From the NCBI RefSeq assembly GCF_000091665.1, contig NC_000909.1:293538-325537 (forward strand): a DNA stretch of 32,000 bases, in the 5' to 3' direction. The first letter of the stretch is position 1. Each line of letters starts with the position of its first letter. Of the stretch, positions 1-10,454 are shown in pieces. Source of the DNA: Methanocaldococcus jannaschii DSM 2661. Lineage in GTDB: Archaea; AGJL01; Methanococci; Methanococcales; Methanocaldococcaceae. The translations under genes were made by a program, and so were the position numbers. The notes beneath the pieces are model-generated. The model was given only the letters and a program-made list of their open reading frames with translations, did not search any database and was not told the origin of the DNA.

Positions 1-40
1 TTATGGGTAAGAAAAATCCTAAAATTGATGATTTGAAATT

Positions 41-832
41 TTGGAATTATATAAAAAGGGATATTCTGCAAGAACGATTGCAAAAATATTGGGATGTAGT
101 AAATCAACAGTATGTTACAGATTATATAAATTAGGTATAACTCCAAGAAGAGGTTTAGATTTGAATCCTCAAGAAATTATTAAGTTATATCAAAATGGAT
201 ATACAACTACTGAAATAGCAAAGATTATGAAGTGTAGCCATGAAACGATAAGAAGAATTCTAAGAAATAATAATATCGATATTAGAAAATCATCTGAAAG
301 CTTAATAATCAAAAATACGAAAAAAATAAATTTAAATCCTTCAGAATCGTTAGCTTACATATTGGGAGTTTTAAATGGAGATGGAAGTGTAAATAAGCAG
401 GAAAGTAATTATGTGATTGAATTAAAAGTTACAGATAAGGATTTTATAGAAGAATTTAAAAGAAATCTTGAAAACATTGGCTTCAAATACATAAATGAAT
501 ATGTTAGGAAATTTGAAAATAAAAAAGACCAATATGTTGTAAGAGTTCGTTCAAAAGGTTTCTATTATTGGTATAAAAGTCTTAATGTAGATTACTATAT
601 GAATGTAATTGGAAATAACGAAAAACTAATGATTTCTTGGCTAAAAGGATTTTATGATTCCGAGGGTTCAGTTGTAATAAACAAAAAAGGAAATTATGTA
701 TATAAATATGTCAGTATAGCGAACACTAACAGGAATCTAATTGATGTTTGTTGTAGTTTCTTAGAGAAATTAGGAATTGAGTATTCAGTTTATTGTGAGA
801 AAAATAACAGATATAAATCTGGATACCTCTGA
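41..832 (+). CDS. HTH-repeat plus double-motif LAGLIDADG homing-endonuclease-like protein, free-standing. The ORF stops at in-frame TGA 830-832 but the same frame stays open to TAA 917-919.
   Basis: TTG start at 41. Two N-terminal HTH-like repeats (GYSARTIAKILGCSKSTVCYRL and GYTTTEIAKIMKCSHETIRRIL). LAGLIDADG motifs LAYILGVLNGDGS and ISWLKGFYDSEGS. Confidence 0.75.
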   Translation: MELYKKGYSARTIAKILGCSKSTVCYRLYKLGITPRRGLDLNPQEIIKLYQNGYTTTEIAKIMKCSHETIRRILRNNNIDIRKSSESLIIKNTKKINLNPSESLAYILGVLNGDGSVNKQESNYVIELKVTDKDFIEEFKRNLENIGFKYINEYVRKFENKKDQYVVRVRSKGFYYWYKSLNVDYYMNVIGNNEKLMISWLKGFYDSEGSVVINKKGNYVYKYVSIANTNRNLIDVCCSFLEKLGIEYSVYCEKNNRYKSGYL

Positions 833-911
833 AGAATATACATAAAATCCAACTCTTTAGAAAAATTTAAAAAATTAATCAACTTTAGAATTGAAAGAAA
901 AGCTAAAAAGC

Positions 912-1286
912 TTATTTAAGTTCAAAAGTCCCATTTTCCATTAATCCTCTTTTTAAATCAATTATTTGTATTGATTTTGGTTTTAAAAACTCTCTTATAA
1001 CTTCTAATGCCTTGTATGGGTCTGTATGCTCTCCACAGGTAAATACATCCAAGGCGGCATAGCCATACTCAGGGTAGGTATGTATTGCTATATGACTTTC
1101 CGCGAGCACAGCAACTCCTGTAGCTCCTTGAGGAGAGAATTTGTGAGTTCTTACACAAATTAAAGTAGCTCCACATGCTTTTACACTATCTACTAACATC
1201 TTTTCTATGCCCTCAATATCGTCCAATGCCTTTGGGTCGCAACCCCATAACTCTAATATTAAGTGTTTCCCTAAGTATTTTAACAT
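912..1286 (-). CDS. speH: S-adenosylmethionine decarboxylase proenzyme (pyruvoyl-dependent, SpeH type)
   Basis: [13 protein letters not shown] self-processing E-S motif. ATG at 1286 preceded by GGAGGTGA. About 124 aa, as in archaeal and bacterial class 1 AdoMetDC. Confidence 0.9.
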
Positions 1287-1420
1287 GCTTTCACCTCCAA
1301 ATTTGGTAAATAAAAACAAATTAATGTAAGAAACTTTTAGAAAGTAAAAATTATCTTTAAATTATTTTTACCTTAATAGTTATAACTTAATTATATTTAA
1401 CTGTTAATGTTTTTCGAAAA

Positions 1421-1918
1421 TTATTTATACCACAATGCAGCTGCAGCAAATGCACATCCTAACTTTTCAACAGTATGCTCAACTGCAATTGATTCAATTC
1501 TATCCAATTCCCAGCCTCTCATCTCAAAACCAATCTTCGCCATCTCTCTAACTGTTTTTTCAGCCTCTTTTTTTGAGCATTTTCCTTCATACTCCATTAT
1601 TAAACCACATAAACTCTTATCTTTTGGAATAGCTACACTTATTGCAGCTGATATTGTCTCTCCTGGGACATCGCTAATGATGTATCCATAAGCTGTTGGA
1701 ACCAAAGCTCCCATTGGTAATTTAGGCAAAGGAACGATTTCAGCTTCTGGAGGCATTATACTGCTGATTCTAATTAAATTGACATTCCCTATGCCTGCAT
1801 TTAACAAAGCTCCATCAAAAGCGTTTAGTGGTGTTTCTCCTTCACTACTACCTGCTACTAAGGAAACTGTGTTTGGTAATTTAAAATAAGCATGGAGAGG
1901 GTTTATCTCAGCATTCAT
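1421..1918 (-). CDS. pdaD: pyruvoyl-dependent arginine decarboxylase
   Basis: 165 aa. N-terminal MNAEINPLH..., the IRISSIMPP Ser-Ser self-cleavage region, and overall similarity to the Methanocaldococcus PdaD as I recall it. Confidence 0.88.
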   Translation of the reverse strand: MNAEINPLHAYFKLPNTVSLVAGSSEGETPLNAFDGALLNAGIGNVNLIRISSIMPPEAEIVPLPKLPMGALVPTAYGYIISDVPGETISAAISVAIPKDKSLCGLIMEYEGKCSKKEAEKTVREMAKIGFEMRGWELDRIESIAVEHTVEKLGCAFAAAALWYK

Positions 1919-2189
1919 TCAACGCACCTCCAAAAACACATGTTTTTCTCAATTTATGAACGAGTATATATAATAGATGTAAGATTTTTTAGTGTAAATA
2001 ATGATTACTCATATATAAACTCTTCGGTGCTGAAATAAATTAAAATTTTTTGAGCTTTTATGTAAAAAAATAGGATATTATGAACTATTTTCGATTAGAT
2101 TAGGAAGGTATTAGCAAAAAAGAAAATTTTAAAAATTTTAAGACCTTTAAGTGTTAAAATAAATTTTGTTTGTTATTTATTGATTATCC

Positions 2190-2864
2190 TTAAATTAAGA
2201 ACTCTTTTTCTTTTAATATATCTTCTACTGTCTTTCCTAAGTAATCATCCTTAGAGACAACTCCATAAGGATAAACAAAAACCTTATCCTCAATATTTAT
2301 TCTTGGATACTCTGGCTCTATAATTACATCCTCTAATAAACATCTCTTTAAATAGTTTGCTGTTTTTGTAATGTTCATTAATCTTGGTGGTTTGTAAGGA
2401 GGATTGTTTTTTAAAAACTTCCACTTTGTTCCATAATAAACAATATAATCTGGGTTAAACAATAAAACAACCTCTCCATGTATCTCTAAAACTAAAGTCC
2501 ATGAAAAAACCCCTCTTGTAAAACCCAACAATCTTCCCAAATAGGATGTTTTTGGTGTCTCATAATAAACCTTCAAAGTTCTACCAACAATTCTTGATAA
2601 TGCCTCTTTAATATGCACATTCTTCGGGTTTGTTGGTAGAGAAGTTTTTGGAATGACATTTATGGGAACACAGTTGAGTGGTTTAACCATATGTAGTGCC
2701 AAAAGAGGATAGAAATAGATATGCTCTTTTTTGTTTTTCATTACGATGCCTTCTATGGGACCGTTAAAATCAGCCTTCAAAACTTTACCTCTATAAGTAT
2801 TAAAAGATTTATTTAGTGTAAATTCTCCAATCATATCCTTTCTTAATGCATATTTTGGCTTCAA
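2190..2864 (-). CDS. conserved hypothetical protein (224 aa)
   Basis: Long ORF with coding-like composition. No family recognised. Confidence 0.6.
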   Translation of the reverse strand: MKPKYALRKDMIGEFTLNKSFNTYRGKVLKADFNGPIEGIVMKNKKEHIYFYPLLALHMVKPLNCVPINVIPKTSLPTNPKNVHIKEALSRIVGRTLKVYYETPKTSYLGRLLGFTRGVFSWTLVLEIHGEVVLLFNPDYIVYYGTKWKFLKNNPPYKPPRLMNITKTANYLKRCLLEDVIIEPEYPRINIEDKVFVYPYGVVSKDDYLGKTVEDILKEKEFLI

Positions 2865-2994
2865 ACCAAAAACCTCCTATTGGTTTTTATAAATTTAAAT
2901 TCCACAGCCATTTATATAATTTAAATTATCAACTATTTAAATTTTGTTTTTATCTCTATTATAAAAAAGAAATTAAAAAGTAAATAGAGTAAAT

Positions 2995-3900
2995 TTATTC
3001 AAACAACTCTCTTAAGTTAAATTGATATTTACCTAACTTACCTCCATAGTTTCCAGCTGTAATCTTCTTAACACCTTTAACTCTTGTAGCTGCTAAGATA
3101 CCCTGCTTCATAGCCTCTTTAACTGATTCCTCATCAACACCATCAATAACTATCTCATAAACTCCATTTACATCTTCTGGAATTTCTGAATCTTCAACAA
3201 CACCCTTCAATGTTGGACACATCTTGTGGTTTGTTGTAGCAACCATGAACTTGTATTTTGGATTACTTGCTCCAACTTTACTACCAGAAGCAACAACTCC
3301 TCCTGGGAATGGAGTTATAACGCCATCAACACTTGCAATAGCATTAACTGCAGCTTCAGCAGCGATTAAGGCAGAGGCGTTTGTATCTGCCATTATAAAG
3401 AAGTTTCCTCCAGCAACTCCTTTCTTAATTCCAAACTTAGCTTCAGTTATAAATTCCCCTCCCATGATTGGGATTTTATAAACTTTTCTTCCATATAATT
3501 CATCTTTCTTCTCATAACCGTCTCCGAAAAACTTCAACTTAAATCCAACCTTTAACTGCTCATCAGCCATGTCTCCCATAGCATCAAAAATAGCAGTTGT
3601 TGGACATGTTAAGACACACTGCCCCAATCTCTCTAACATTTGATGCTCTAACTCTGACTTTTTAGGGTGGCATATCTGTATTATAAATCCTGGTCTTCCA
3701 TCTGGTGTTTTTGATGGAGGGACATATTTCTCAATTCCTGCTTCTGCTGGACACATTATAACTGAACAACCAAAACCTGTTGCCTCTGTAGCTGCAATCT
3801 TAGCCCACTTCTTTGTAGCTGCTGTTATTAAAACTCTTGAAACCCATATTGGGAATGCTTCTGCAAATGTATCTTCAATATATACTCCATTTATTTCCAT
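2995..3900 (-). CDS. ftr: formylmethanofuran--tetrahydromethanopterin N-formyltransferase
   Basis: 301 aa. N-terminus [27 protein letters not shown] is characteristic of Ftr. Confidence 0.92.
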   Translation of the reverse strand: MEINGVYIEDTFAEAFPIWVSRVLITAATKKWAKIAATEATGFGCSVIMCPAEAGIEKYVPPSKTPDGRPGFIIQICHPKKSELEHQMLERLGQCVLTCPTTAIFDAMGDMADEQLKVGFKLKFFGDGYEKKDELYGRKVYKIPIMGGEFITEAKFGIKKGVAGGNFFIMADTNASALIAAEAAVNAIASVDGVITPFPGGVVASGSKVGASNPKYKFMVATTNHKMCPTLKGVVEDSEIPEDVNGVYEIVIDGVDEESVKEAMKQGILAATRVKGVKKITAGNYGGKLGKYQFNLRELFE

Positions 3901-4071
3901 AGTTTCCCTCCATTAAGATTTTAACAATTATAGTTTATCTTAGGGGCTATTAATATCTTATCATTTGGTTTTTAATATTCGATAAATCCATAAATAAAAA
4001 TATATCAACAATAATTTTAAATAATCTAAGTATAGGTAATATAACAATTAAAAAGATTTAGAGGGATAGAA

Positions 4072-4365
4072 TTGAACGGCATTAGGAGAATTGTTTTAGA
4101 TATATTGAAGCCGCATGAGCCAAAAATAACAGATATGGCATTAAAATTAACATCATTATCAAACATTGATGGGGTTAATATTACAGTCTATGAAATAGAT
4201 AAAGAGACTGAGAATGTTAAAGTTACAATTGAAGGGAATAATTTAGATTTTGATGAGATTCAGGAAATTATTGAAAGTTTGGGAGGGACTATTCACAGTA
4301 TAGATGAGGTTGTTGCAGGTAAAAAGATTATTGAAGAAGTTAGAACACCACAAGATAGGCATTAA
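4072..4365 (+). CDS. DUF211-family small protein
   Basis: 97 aa with TTG start after [20 protein letters not shown]... pattern typical of the archaeal DUF211/COG1888 family. Confidence 0.65.
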   Translation: MNGIRRIVLDILKPHEPKITDMALKLTSLSNIDGVNITVYEIDKETENVKVTIEGNNLDFDEIQEIIESLGGTIHSIDEVVAGKKIIEEVRTPQDRH

Positions 4366-4460
4366 TAGAGGGTCTTTCAAAACTTTTTAGAATAACTAAG
4401 GTATTAATCTTTTTTACTTATTTTAGATAATTTTAAAACCAAATTAAATTGTGTGAGACT

Positions 4461-5108
4461 ATGGACTTTTTTGAGAGATATAAGAATTTAAAAGAAAAGT
4501 ATGAAGAAAAAAAGACAAAGCCAAAAGTTATTGTAGTTGGGAGAAGTAATGTAGGTAAATCCACTTTTGTTAGATTAATGACTGGAAGAAAAGATATTAG
4601 AGTAGGAAAAAAGCCAGGAGTTACTTTAAAAATTAATGAATACGATATGGGGGAGTATATTTTGGTGGATATGCCTGGCTTTGGTTACATGGCTGGACTA
4701 CCAAAAAAAGTGCAAGAGAAGATTAAGGATGAGATTGTTCATTATATTGAAGAGCATGCTGATGAAATAGCTGCTGCTGTTCAAATTATAGATACGAAAT
4801 CATTTTTTGAGATAGTTGAAAGATGGAAAGGGAGGGGAGAAATTCCAATTGATTTAGAGATGTTTGACTTTATAACTGATTTGAAGATTAGCCCGATTCT
4901 TGTAGCTAATAAAATGGATAAGATAAAGAAAGAGGAATGGGATGCAGTTTTAGATGGCATCTGTGAATATTTAAAATGCCAGCCACCATGGCATCAGTGG
5001 AAGTTTATAGTCCCAGCCATATTGAAAGAGGGTAAAGGAATTGAAGAGATAAAGAAAAAGATTCTTGAGAGGGTTAGATTGTTTAAAAAATTAAGAGGAA
5101 TAGAATAA
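4461..5108 (+). CDS. engB: EngB/YsxC-type GTP-binding protein
   Basis: G1 [10 protein letters not shown]3 DMPGFG, G4 NKMD. ATG at 4461; an alternative TTG lies at 4449. Confidence 0.85.
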
Positions 5109-5134
5109 TTATTGAATAGGTTGGTTGTGATAAA

Positions 5135-5503
5135 ATGACAAATAATGACAAAATTGTTGCAATAGTAACCTCAATAGCTGTTATTTGCATATCCCTAACT
5201 GTTATATTCTGCGATACCTTAGTATTAGCAGTTGGTGTTCCTACACTTGTTTTGTTGTGGCTTGTATTTTTAGGATGGATAAACAATAAGAAATTAGATA
5301 AAGGAGAGATGAGGAGGGCAATAACTGGCAGTATCGTTATAGCATTTTTTATTATATTGATTGCTATATCCAAAAATCCAGATATATACTCTAACAATAA
5401 AGAAATTTTCTCACTATTTTTTGGAATGGTTACTACGATAATAGGTTATTATTTCGGATACAGAAGTGGAAAAGAATCAAAAAATTCATCAGGAAACGAA
5501 TAA
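5135..5503 (+). CDS. small integral membrane protein (about 4 TM segments)
   Basis: Hydrophobic helices IVAIVTSIAVICISLTVIF, VPTLVLLWLVFLGWI, ITGSIVIAFFIILIAI and FSLFFGMVTTIIGYYFGY. Confidence 0.6.
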   Translation: MTNNDKIVAIVTSIAVICISLTVIFCDTLVLAVGVPTLVLLWLVFLGWINNKKLDKGEMRRAITGSIVIAFFIILIAISKNPDIYSNNKEIFSLFFGMVTTIIGYYFGYRSGKESKNSSGNE

Positions 5504-5524
5504 ATTATATTAAAAAAGGAATTT

Positions 5525-5560
5525 CGTTGCAATCCTCATTGTTCAGATTGCAACGTTTTT
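5525..5560. terminator. hairpin plus oligo-T between convergent genes, candidate bidirectional terminator
   Basis: Perfect 10-bp inverted repeat CGTTGCAATC (5525-5534) / GATTGCAACG (5546-5555) with an 11-nt loop. TTTTT follows on the plus strand and a T-run follows on the minus strand. Confidence 0.5.
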
Positions 5561-5599
5561 GCCTATGAAATTTTGTTTATTAAAATAACCACACTAATT

Positions 5600-5905
5600 T
5601 TATTTGAACTGTATCTCTATTTGAACATTGTCAGGGATTCTTATTTTCATAATGTGTCTTAAAGCTCTCTCGTCTGCATCAATGTCAATTAATCTTTTGT
5701 GGATTTTCATTGTCCATCTGTCAAATGTTGATGAACCTTCTCCATCTGGACTCTTTCTTGTAACAACTCTCAAGACCTTTGTTGGTAATGGTATAGGTCC
5801 TGAAATATCTACTCCTGTTTTTTCAGCAATCTCTTTTATTTGTCTGCAAATTTCATCTAAAACTTTGTGGTCTGTACTTGATAACTTGATTCTTGCCCTT
5901 TGCAT
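5600..5905 (-). CDS. rps10: 30S ribosomal protein S10 (uS10)
   Basis: [17 protein letters not shown]...[24 protein letters not shown] at 5905 after GAGGGGAGAG. 102 aa. Confidence 0.93.
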   Translation of the reverse strand: MQRARIKLSSTDHKVLDEICRQIKEIAEKTGVDISGPIPLPTKVLRVVTRKSPDGEGSSTFDRWTMKIHKRLIDIDADERALRHIMKIRIPDNVQIEIQFK

Positions 5906-5987
5906 ACTCTCCCCTCTCAAATGCTTTAAAATATTAAAAAAATATAAAATGGGATTTAAAAGCTATTAAAAGGGAAATTTAAGGAAT

Positions 5988-7274
5988 TTATTTGTTCTTA
6001 GCTTTGACATCGATTGCCATACCTGCAGCGATTGTCATACCCATATCTCTGATAGCGAATCTACCTAACTGTGGAATTTCTCTAACGTTTTCAATGACCA
6101 TTGGTTTTGTTGGTTTGATTTTGACTATTGCTGCGTCACCAGTCTTTAAGAACTGTGGGTTCTCTTCAATGACTTGCCCTGTTCTTGGGTCTAATTTCTT
6201 CAACAACTCAATGAATGTACATGCAACCTGTGCTGTGTGTGCGTGGAAGACTGGTGTGTAACCAACTGTAATTGCTGTTGGGTGCTGTAAGACAACGATT
6301 TGAGCTGTGAATTCTTCTGCAACTGTTGGTGGGTTGTCTGGGTGCCCACAAACGTCTCCTCTCTTAATATCTTTCTTACTGACTCCTCTAACGTTGAATC
6401 CAATGTTGTCTCCTGGTTCTGCTTGTGGAATTTGTTCGTGGTGCATCTCAATTGACTTAACTTCTCCGCTAACTCCTGCTGGTTCGAAGACAACTTTGTC
6501 TCCTGGTCTTAAGATACCTGTTTCGACTCTTCCAACTGGGACAGTTCCAACCCCTGTAATTGAATAGACATCTTGGATTGGGATTCTTAATGGTAAGTTT
6601 GTTGGTTTTTCTGGTGGTTGGAATTTGTCTAATGCTTCAACTAATGTTGGACCTTTGTACCATGGCATGTTTTCTGATCTTTTAACGACGTTGTCTCCTT
6701 TCAATGAAGCTGTTGGGATGAAGTCAATTTGGTCTGGGTTGTAACCTAAGACTTTTAATAACTGCTCTGATAACATCTTTTTCATTTTTTCGTATTCTTC
6801 TTGGCTGTAGTTAACTGTATCCATCTTGTTAATTGCAACTGCAATTTGCTTAATACCCAATGTTCTTGCTAAGAACATGTGCTCTCTTGTTTGTGGCTGA
6901 ATTCCTGTCTTGGCATCATTAACATCAACAACTAAGACAGCAGCGTCTGCCTGTGAAGCTCCTGTAATCATGTTTTTAATGAAGTCCCTGTGTCCTGGAC
7001 AATCGACGATTGTAACTTCATATTTTTGGGTTTCGAACTTCTTGTGAGCTACGTCAATTGTAACCCCTCTTTCTCTCTCTTCTTTCAAGTTGTCCATGAC
7101 GTAAGCAAACTCGAATCCTGCTTTACCTCTCTCTTGAGCTTCTCTTTTTAACTTCTCTAATAACTGTGGGTCGATAGCTCCACTGTCGTATAATAATCTA
7201 CCGACTGTTGTTGACTTACCTGCATCGACGTGTCCAATGAATGCTACGTTTAATACTGGTTTTTGCTTTGCCAT
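5988..7274 (-). CDS. tuf: translation elongation factor EF-1 alpha (aEF-1A)
   Basis: 428 aa. [17 protein letters not shown] and NKMD motifs. GGTGATGAAAT precedes the ATG. Confidence 0.97.
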
Positions 7275-7564
7275 ATTTCATCACCAATTTACCTTCTTTT
7301 TTATCTTTTTTATTTTTATTATATTTATTCTAAAATGGTGTTAAGTTAAAACTTAACAGGGTAGGAATATAAGAATACAGAATTTGTGGTGATATAAGTA
7401 TTAAATAGGGGGTATATATATCTTTTGGTTATGCAAGAATCTTATGATTAACTCAACATTTCATAAATATAATTGTGATAATGATACTATATAATATTTT
7501 AGTATTGTGCTATTTTTATAGTTCTGTTCTTTTTAAAAGTTAATAAAAGTTATTAAGGAAATTT

Positions 7565-7590
7565 GAACTCCTTCCTAAAGGAAGGAGTTC
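7565..7590. promoter_or_regulatory. perfect 11-bp stem / 4-nt loop hairpin (a 26-bp palindrome)
   Basis: GAACTCCTTCC-TAAA-GGAAGGAGTTC, about 38 nt downstream of the stop of the 7629-8555 gene and upstream of tuf. Confidence 0.5.
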
Positions 7591-7628
7591 ATCAGTGCTT
7601 AGTTATTGCAAAAATATTTTGAAAAGAA

Positions 7629-8555
7629 CTATAATTTTCCGACACCCAATATCCTAATTTTTGCACTGCCATCAATTAAACATAGCTTATCTCCAACATC
7701 GTAAGCTATTTCTTTTTGCAGTGAAAGCTTTATTTTGTTTTTATTCACTTCCTCAACAACACATGAAACACTTTGCAAACCAACAATTATTTGGTAGTTC
7801 TCCCCTTCCTTTACAGTTTTTTGCATGAATGGGTTCCAGTTAATGTTGATTTCAATCTCTTTAGCAACTTTTAACTCTCCATTTGATAGTATCATTCCTC
7901 TATCTAACTCATCTGTAGTTATTCCTTTTAAAGCTAAACCTACTCTATTCCCAGCTTTTGCCTCTTTAAAATCATTATCATGGATTTGAATGCTCCTAAC
8001 CATTGCCATTTTATCTGTTGGATAGACCCTCAAATTGTCATGAACTCTTACAGTTCCACTCTCAACCTTTCCTAATATAACAGTTCCAACACTTCTAACA
8101 GTAAAGTAGTGGTCTATTGGAATTTTAACAAAGCCGTTATAATCTCTCTCAATATTTAAATTAATCATCTTTTCCCTAATGTTTATAAAATCTCTCTCTA
8201 AGATTTCAAAGTCCTTCATTGATGTTTGGGATATTATATTTTTCAACATGTCTAAATCAACATATTCACCAACAACAAAAGCTCCATTATTTATTCCAAA
8301 CATATCCAATGCTAAAAGTGTCTCTCCTAACTCTCCTGTAATCTCATCAATAAAAACTAAGGCATAGTCCATCATGTTTATTTCATATATTAAAGGGTTT
8401 ATTCTATCTGGATATCTTGTTGGCTCTACATAACAAACTGCCTTATCTCCCTGTTTGTAATTATATAAAGTTATGTCTGTTGAAGTTCCTTTCTTCCCTA
8501 ATTCTTTTCCAACACCTTCAACATGTCCAAATAACCCTACTGTCAAACCTTCCAT
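7629..8555 (-). CDS. EF-Tu/SelB-family paralog with a degenerate G domain and an intact EF-Tu domain II
   Basis: N-terminal GLFGHVEGVGKE replaces GHVDxGKS/T. No NKxD and no clean DxxG motif. The central region FTVRSVGTVILGKVESGTVRVHDNLRV...GNRVGLALKGI is a typical domain-II beta barrel. Confidence 0.7.
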   Translation of the reverse strand: MEGLTVGLFGHVEGVGKELGKKGTSTDITLYNYKQGDKAVCYVEPTRYPDRINPLIYEINMMDYALVFIDEITGELGETLLALDMFGINNGAFVVGEYVDLDMLKNIISQTSMKDFEILERDFINIREKMINLNIERDYNGFVKIPIDHYFTVRSVGTVILGKVESGTVRVHDNLRVYPTDKMAMVRSIQIHDNDFKEAKAGNRVGLALKGITTDELDRGMILSNGELKVAKEIEININWNPFMQKTVKEGENYQIIVGLQSVSCVVEEVNKNKIKLSLQKEIAYDVGDKLCLIDGSAKIRILGVGKL

Positions 8556-8710
8556 TTAATCACCATAATATTTTTTAGTAGCCCAATTATTCTCTCTAAA
8601 GAATTAACTATTTAAGAGCTAACTATAACCTTATTATTTTATATTAATTGAAGATTTTATAAAACATTAGATTACATAAATAAACCATTATAACAAATGG
8701 AGGGGTGATT

Positions 8711-10015
8711 ATGAAATTTGTTGAAAAATACTTTGAATTTGAGAAGTATGGGACTAATCTAAAGGTAGAAACCCTTGCAGGAATAACTACATTTATGACC
8801 ATGGCATATATAATATTTGTCAATCCACAGATTTTGAGTACTGCAGGTATGGATTTTGGAGCAGTTATGGTTGCTACTTGTATTGCTTCAGCAATTGCAA
8901 CTTTAGTTATGGGATTATATGCAAGATATCCATTTGCCTTAGCTCCAGGAATGGGATTAAACGCTTATTTTACCTATGGGGTTTGCTTAGGAATGGGAAT
9001 TGATTGGAGAGTTGCCTTAGGTGCTGTTTTCATCTCTGGAGTGCTCTTTATAATATTAACATTAACAAAGATAAGAACATGGATTTTTAATGTTATTCCA
9101 AATGCTATAAAGTATGGAACTGCTGTTGGTATTGGTTTATTTATTGCGTTTATTGGGTTAAAAAGTGCTGGTATCATAGTTAGTAGTAAAGCTACATTAG
9201 TTACATTAGGGAATTTAATGGAGCCATCTACACTGTTGGCGTTGTTTGGGATATTTTTGACATCAATCTTAGTTAGTAGGAATGTTATTGGAGCTATATT
9301 AATTGGAATTATAGTAACTTCGCTAATAGGAATGATTTTAGGAATTTCACCATTCCCAGAAGGAATATTCTCAATGCCTCCATCAATTGCACCAACATTC
9401 TTACAGCTTGATATAATGGGGGCTTTAAACTTAGGTTTATTGACAATAGTCTTGGCATTCTTCTTTGTTGATATGTTTGACACTTTGGGAACTTTAAGTG
9501 CTTTAGCCTCTCAGGCTGGATATTTAGATAAAGATGGAAAACTGCCAAGGGTTGAAAAGGCTTTAATGGCTGATGCTACTGGAACAGTTGTTGGTTCTCT
9601 CTTGGGAACTTCAACTGTAACAACCTATATAGAATCTGCAAGTGGTATAGCACTTGGAGGAAGAACAGGTTTTGTTTCAGTAGTTGTGGCTATGTTGTTT
9701 TTATTATCTTTATTTTTCTATCCAGTAGTTAAGGCAATTCCCCCCTATGCAACAGCAGCAGCACTTGTCATTGTAGGAGCTTTAATGATGAGGTCAGTAA
9801 AATACATCGACTTTGATGACTACACAGAGGCAATTCCTGCATTTATAACTTTGCTAACTATTCCTTTGACATTTAGTATAGCTACAGGTCTCGCCTTAGG
9901 ATTTATAACATATCCAATCTTAAAGGTATTTACTGGAAGATGGAAGGAAGTACATTGGCTTGTATATGTTTTAGCCGTAATATTCGCTTTAAGATTTGTA
10001 TATCTTTCGGGGTAA
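8711..10015 (+). CDS. NCS2/AzgA-type purine (xanthine/uracil family) permease
   Basis: About 434 aa with 12 or more TM segments. N-terminus FEFEKYGTNLKVETLAGITTFMTMAYIIFVNPQIL is typical of AzgA-like permeases. ATG at 8711 after GGAGGGG. Confidence 0.85.
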   Translation: MKFVEKYFEFEKYGTNLKVETLAGITTFMTMAYIIFVNPQILSTAGMDFGAVMVATCIASAIATLVMGLYARYPFALAPGMGLNAYFTYGVCLGMGIDWRVALGAVFISGVLFIILTLTKIRTWIFNVIPNAIKYGTAVGIGLFIAFIGLKSAGIIVSSKATLVTLGNLMEPSTLLALFGIFLTSILVSRNVIGAILIGIIVTSLIGMILGISPFPEGIFSMPPSIAPTFLQLDIMGALNLGLLTIVLAFFFVDMFDTLGTLSALASQAGYLDKDGKLPRVEKALMADATGTVVGSLLGTSTVTTYIESASGIALGGRTGFVSVVVAMLFLLSLFFYPVVKAIPPYATAAALVIVGALMMRSVKYIDFDDYTEAIPAFITLLTIPLTFSIATGLALGFITYPILKVFTGRWKEVHWLVYVLAVIFALRFVYLSG

Positions 10016-10084
10016 AGTATTTAAATAACCTTAAATTATCTTATATCTCCTATTTTCCAAATCATATTTTGTGAGTTGATAAAT

Positions 10085-10390
10085 ATGAAAGTAGCCATTT
10101 CAATGGATGTTGATAAAATTAGTAATAGTTTTGAAGATTGTAAGTATTTCTTAATTGTTAGAATAGATGATAACGAAGTTAAGAGTACAAAAGTTATATT
10201 CAATGATGAAAGTGGAAAAAAGTCTATTGTAAAAGAAAACGTTAATGCAATTATATGTAAAAACATAAGTGAAGAGAATTACAAAAAATTTAGCAAAAAA
10301 ATAGAAATTTATCATGCTGAAGGAGATGATGTTGATAAAAACATCTCTTTATTTATTGAGGGGGAATTAAGTAAAATAAGTAATCCATAA
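10085..10390 (+). CDS. NifX/NifB-C-terminal-like (dinitrogenase FeMo-cofactor biosynthesis domain) small protein
   Basis: MKVAISMD...YFLIV...NAIICKNISEENYKKF...IEIYHAEGDDVDKNISLFIEGEL follows the MTH1175-like family pattern. Confidence 0.7.
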   Translation: MKVAISMDVDKISNSFEDCKYFLIVRIDDNEVKSTKVIFNDESGKKSIVKENVNAIICKNISEENYKKFSKKIEIYHAEGDDVDKNISLFIEGELSKISNP

Positions 10391-10412
10391 TTTTTTAAGA
10401 GACACCGTAAAA

Positions 10413-10420
10413 TTTATATA
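10413..10420 (+). promoter_or_regulatory. TATA box (TTTATATA) for the tRNA gene
   Basis: Consensus archaeal TATA about 35-40 nt upstream of the mature tRNA 5' end. Confidence 0.5.
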
Positions 10421-10454
10421 CTAAATCATTATATTTTTCATATGCCTATTTTGA

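Noticed and set aside
830-832. TGA read as selenocysteine in the LAGLIDADG gene
   Set aside because: Archaeal Sec insertion needs a 3'-UTR SECIS hairpin. The downstream sequence is the convergent speH coding region, with no such structure evident. The position has no redox-motif context. A nonsense mutation is more parsimonious.
1407-1691. 94-aa plus-strand ORF
   Set aside because: It is antisense to the well-supported pdaD gene. The same logic applies to 3224-3481 (antisense to ftr), 5083-5397, 5628-5969, 8179-8367, 8974-9548 and 10036-10266.
5992-6567. Three ORFs (5992-6261 +, 6200-6493 -, 6307-6567 +) inside the EF-1 alpha gene
   Set aside because: They are shadow or alternate-frame ORFs within a highly conserved gene. 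Their sequences are low complexity (Ser/Thr/Leu/Gln-rich) and no RBS is present.
7591-7597. C-box-like CTGATGA on the minus strand next to the hairpin, considered as a possible C/D box sRNA
   Set aside because: No D box (CUGA) or C'/D' motifs occur within the following ~70 nt.
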